This document shows, in pieces, positions 23,887 to 24,000 of a DNA stretch of 24,000 nucleotides; position 1 is the first letter of the stretch; every line of letters starts with the position of its first letter. Both the position numbers and the translations under genes were made by a program. A model generated the notes under the pieces. The model searched no databases and was not told the origin of the DNA. It worked only from the letters and a program-made list of their open reading frames with translations. The DNA is taken from NCBI GenBank assembly GCA_002437495.1, contig DJQA01000008.1, forward strand, positions 128,251-152,250, read 5' to 3'. The DNA is from Prevotellaceae bacterium UBA6398 (lineage in GTDB: Bacteria; Bacteroidota; Bacteroidia; Bacteroidales; Bacteroidaceae).

Positions 23887-24000
23887 AAAACTACATCGGA
23901 TGTAGGAAAAACTACGTCCTATGTAGGAAAAATTATGTCTGATATAATTAAAACTACATCGGACCTTTTTTTGCCTACTTACAACATGCTGAAATTCAAA
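23887..24000 (+). repeat. Phased 21-nt mini-palindrome array plus T-run plus tail, copy E (tail cut by the window end)
   Basis: Palindromes are CTACATcggATGTAG (23891-23905), CTACGTcctATGTAG (23912-23926) and ATTATGTctgATATAAT (23932-23948). The half-unit CTACATCGGACC is followed by T7 (23966-23972). Confidence 0.85.

Noticed and set aside
8665-24000. Integron attC or gene-cassette interpretation (same-orientation imperfect palindromes between genes)
   Set aside because: The flanking genes are core housekeeping genes with their own promoters (ahcY, acpP-fabF-rnc). No intI or attI is present, there is no R''/L''-L'/R' architecture or GTTRRRY core, and gene orientation is mixed.

Overview
This is a Bacteroidales-type chromosomal segment. 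The evidence is a SusC/SusD pair, lipoproteins with acidic residues after the +1 Cys, and TTTG/TAnnTTTG promoter boxes; GC content looks near 50% by eye. All function calls come from motif recognition, since no database search was possible.

Minus strand, 1-20353:
- Part of a polysaccharide-utilisation-like locus: a partial SusD-like gene, a SusC-like transporter, and two large lipoproteins with fasciclin (FAS1)-like repeats.
- A YfhO-like polytopic membrane protein.
- ahcY.
- A tightly packed 4-gene redox operon: a NapH/NapG-like membrane polyferredoxin, a Tat-signal lipoprotein aldo-keto reductase with two 4Fe-4S motifs, a DUF1893/TM1506-like protein, and a 5-TM protein.

Plus strand, 20813-23512: acpP-fabF-rnc.

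The most unusual content is non-coding. Almost every intergenic gap over 200 bp carries a copy of a composite repeat, at about 8665-8909, 11270-11668, 16050-16266, 20455-20640 and 23635-24000. It has two modules:
- A REP/BIME-like GC-rich hairpin, TGTAGGGGCGTATGGCATACGCCCT, found in alternating orientations.
- An array of 3-4 mini-palindromes phased every 21 nt (A5-CTACRT-NNN-AYGTAG), ending in a T-run and a conserved A-rich tail.

All five arrays point the same way. Individual palindromic units are exactly inverted (flip/flop) between copies. I do not recognise the array as a named element family.

No tRNA, rRNA, CRISPR array, transposase or integrase was seen.
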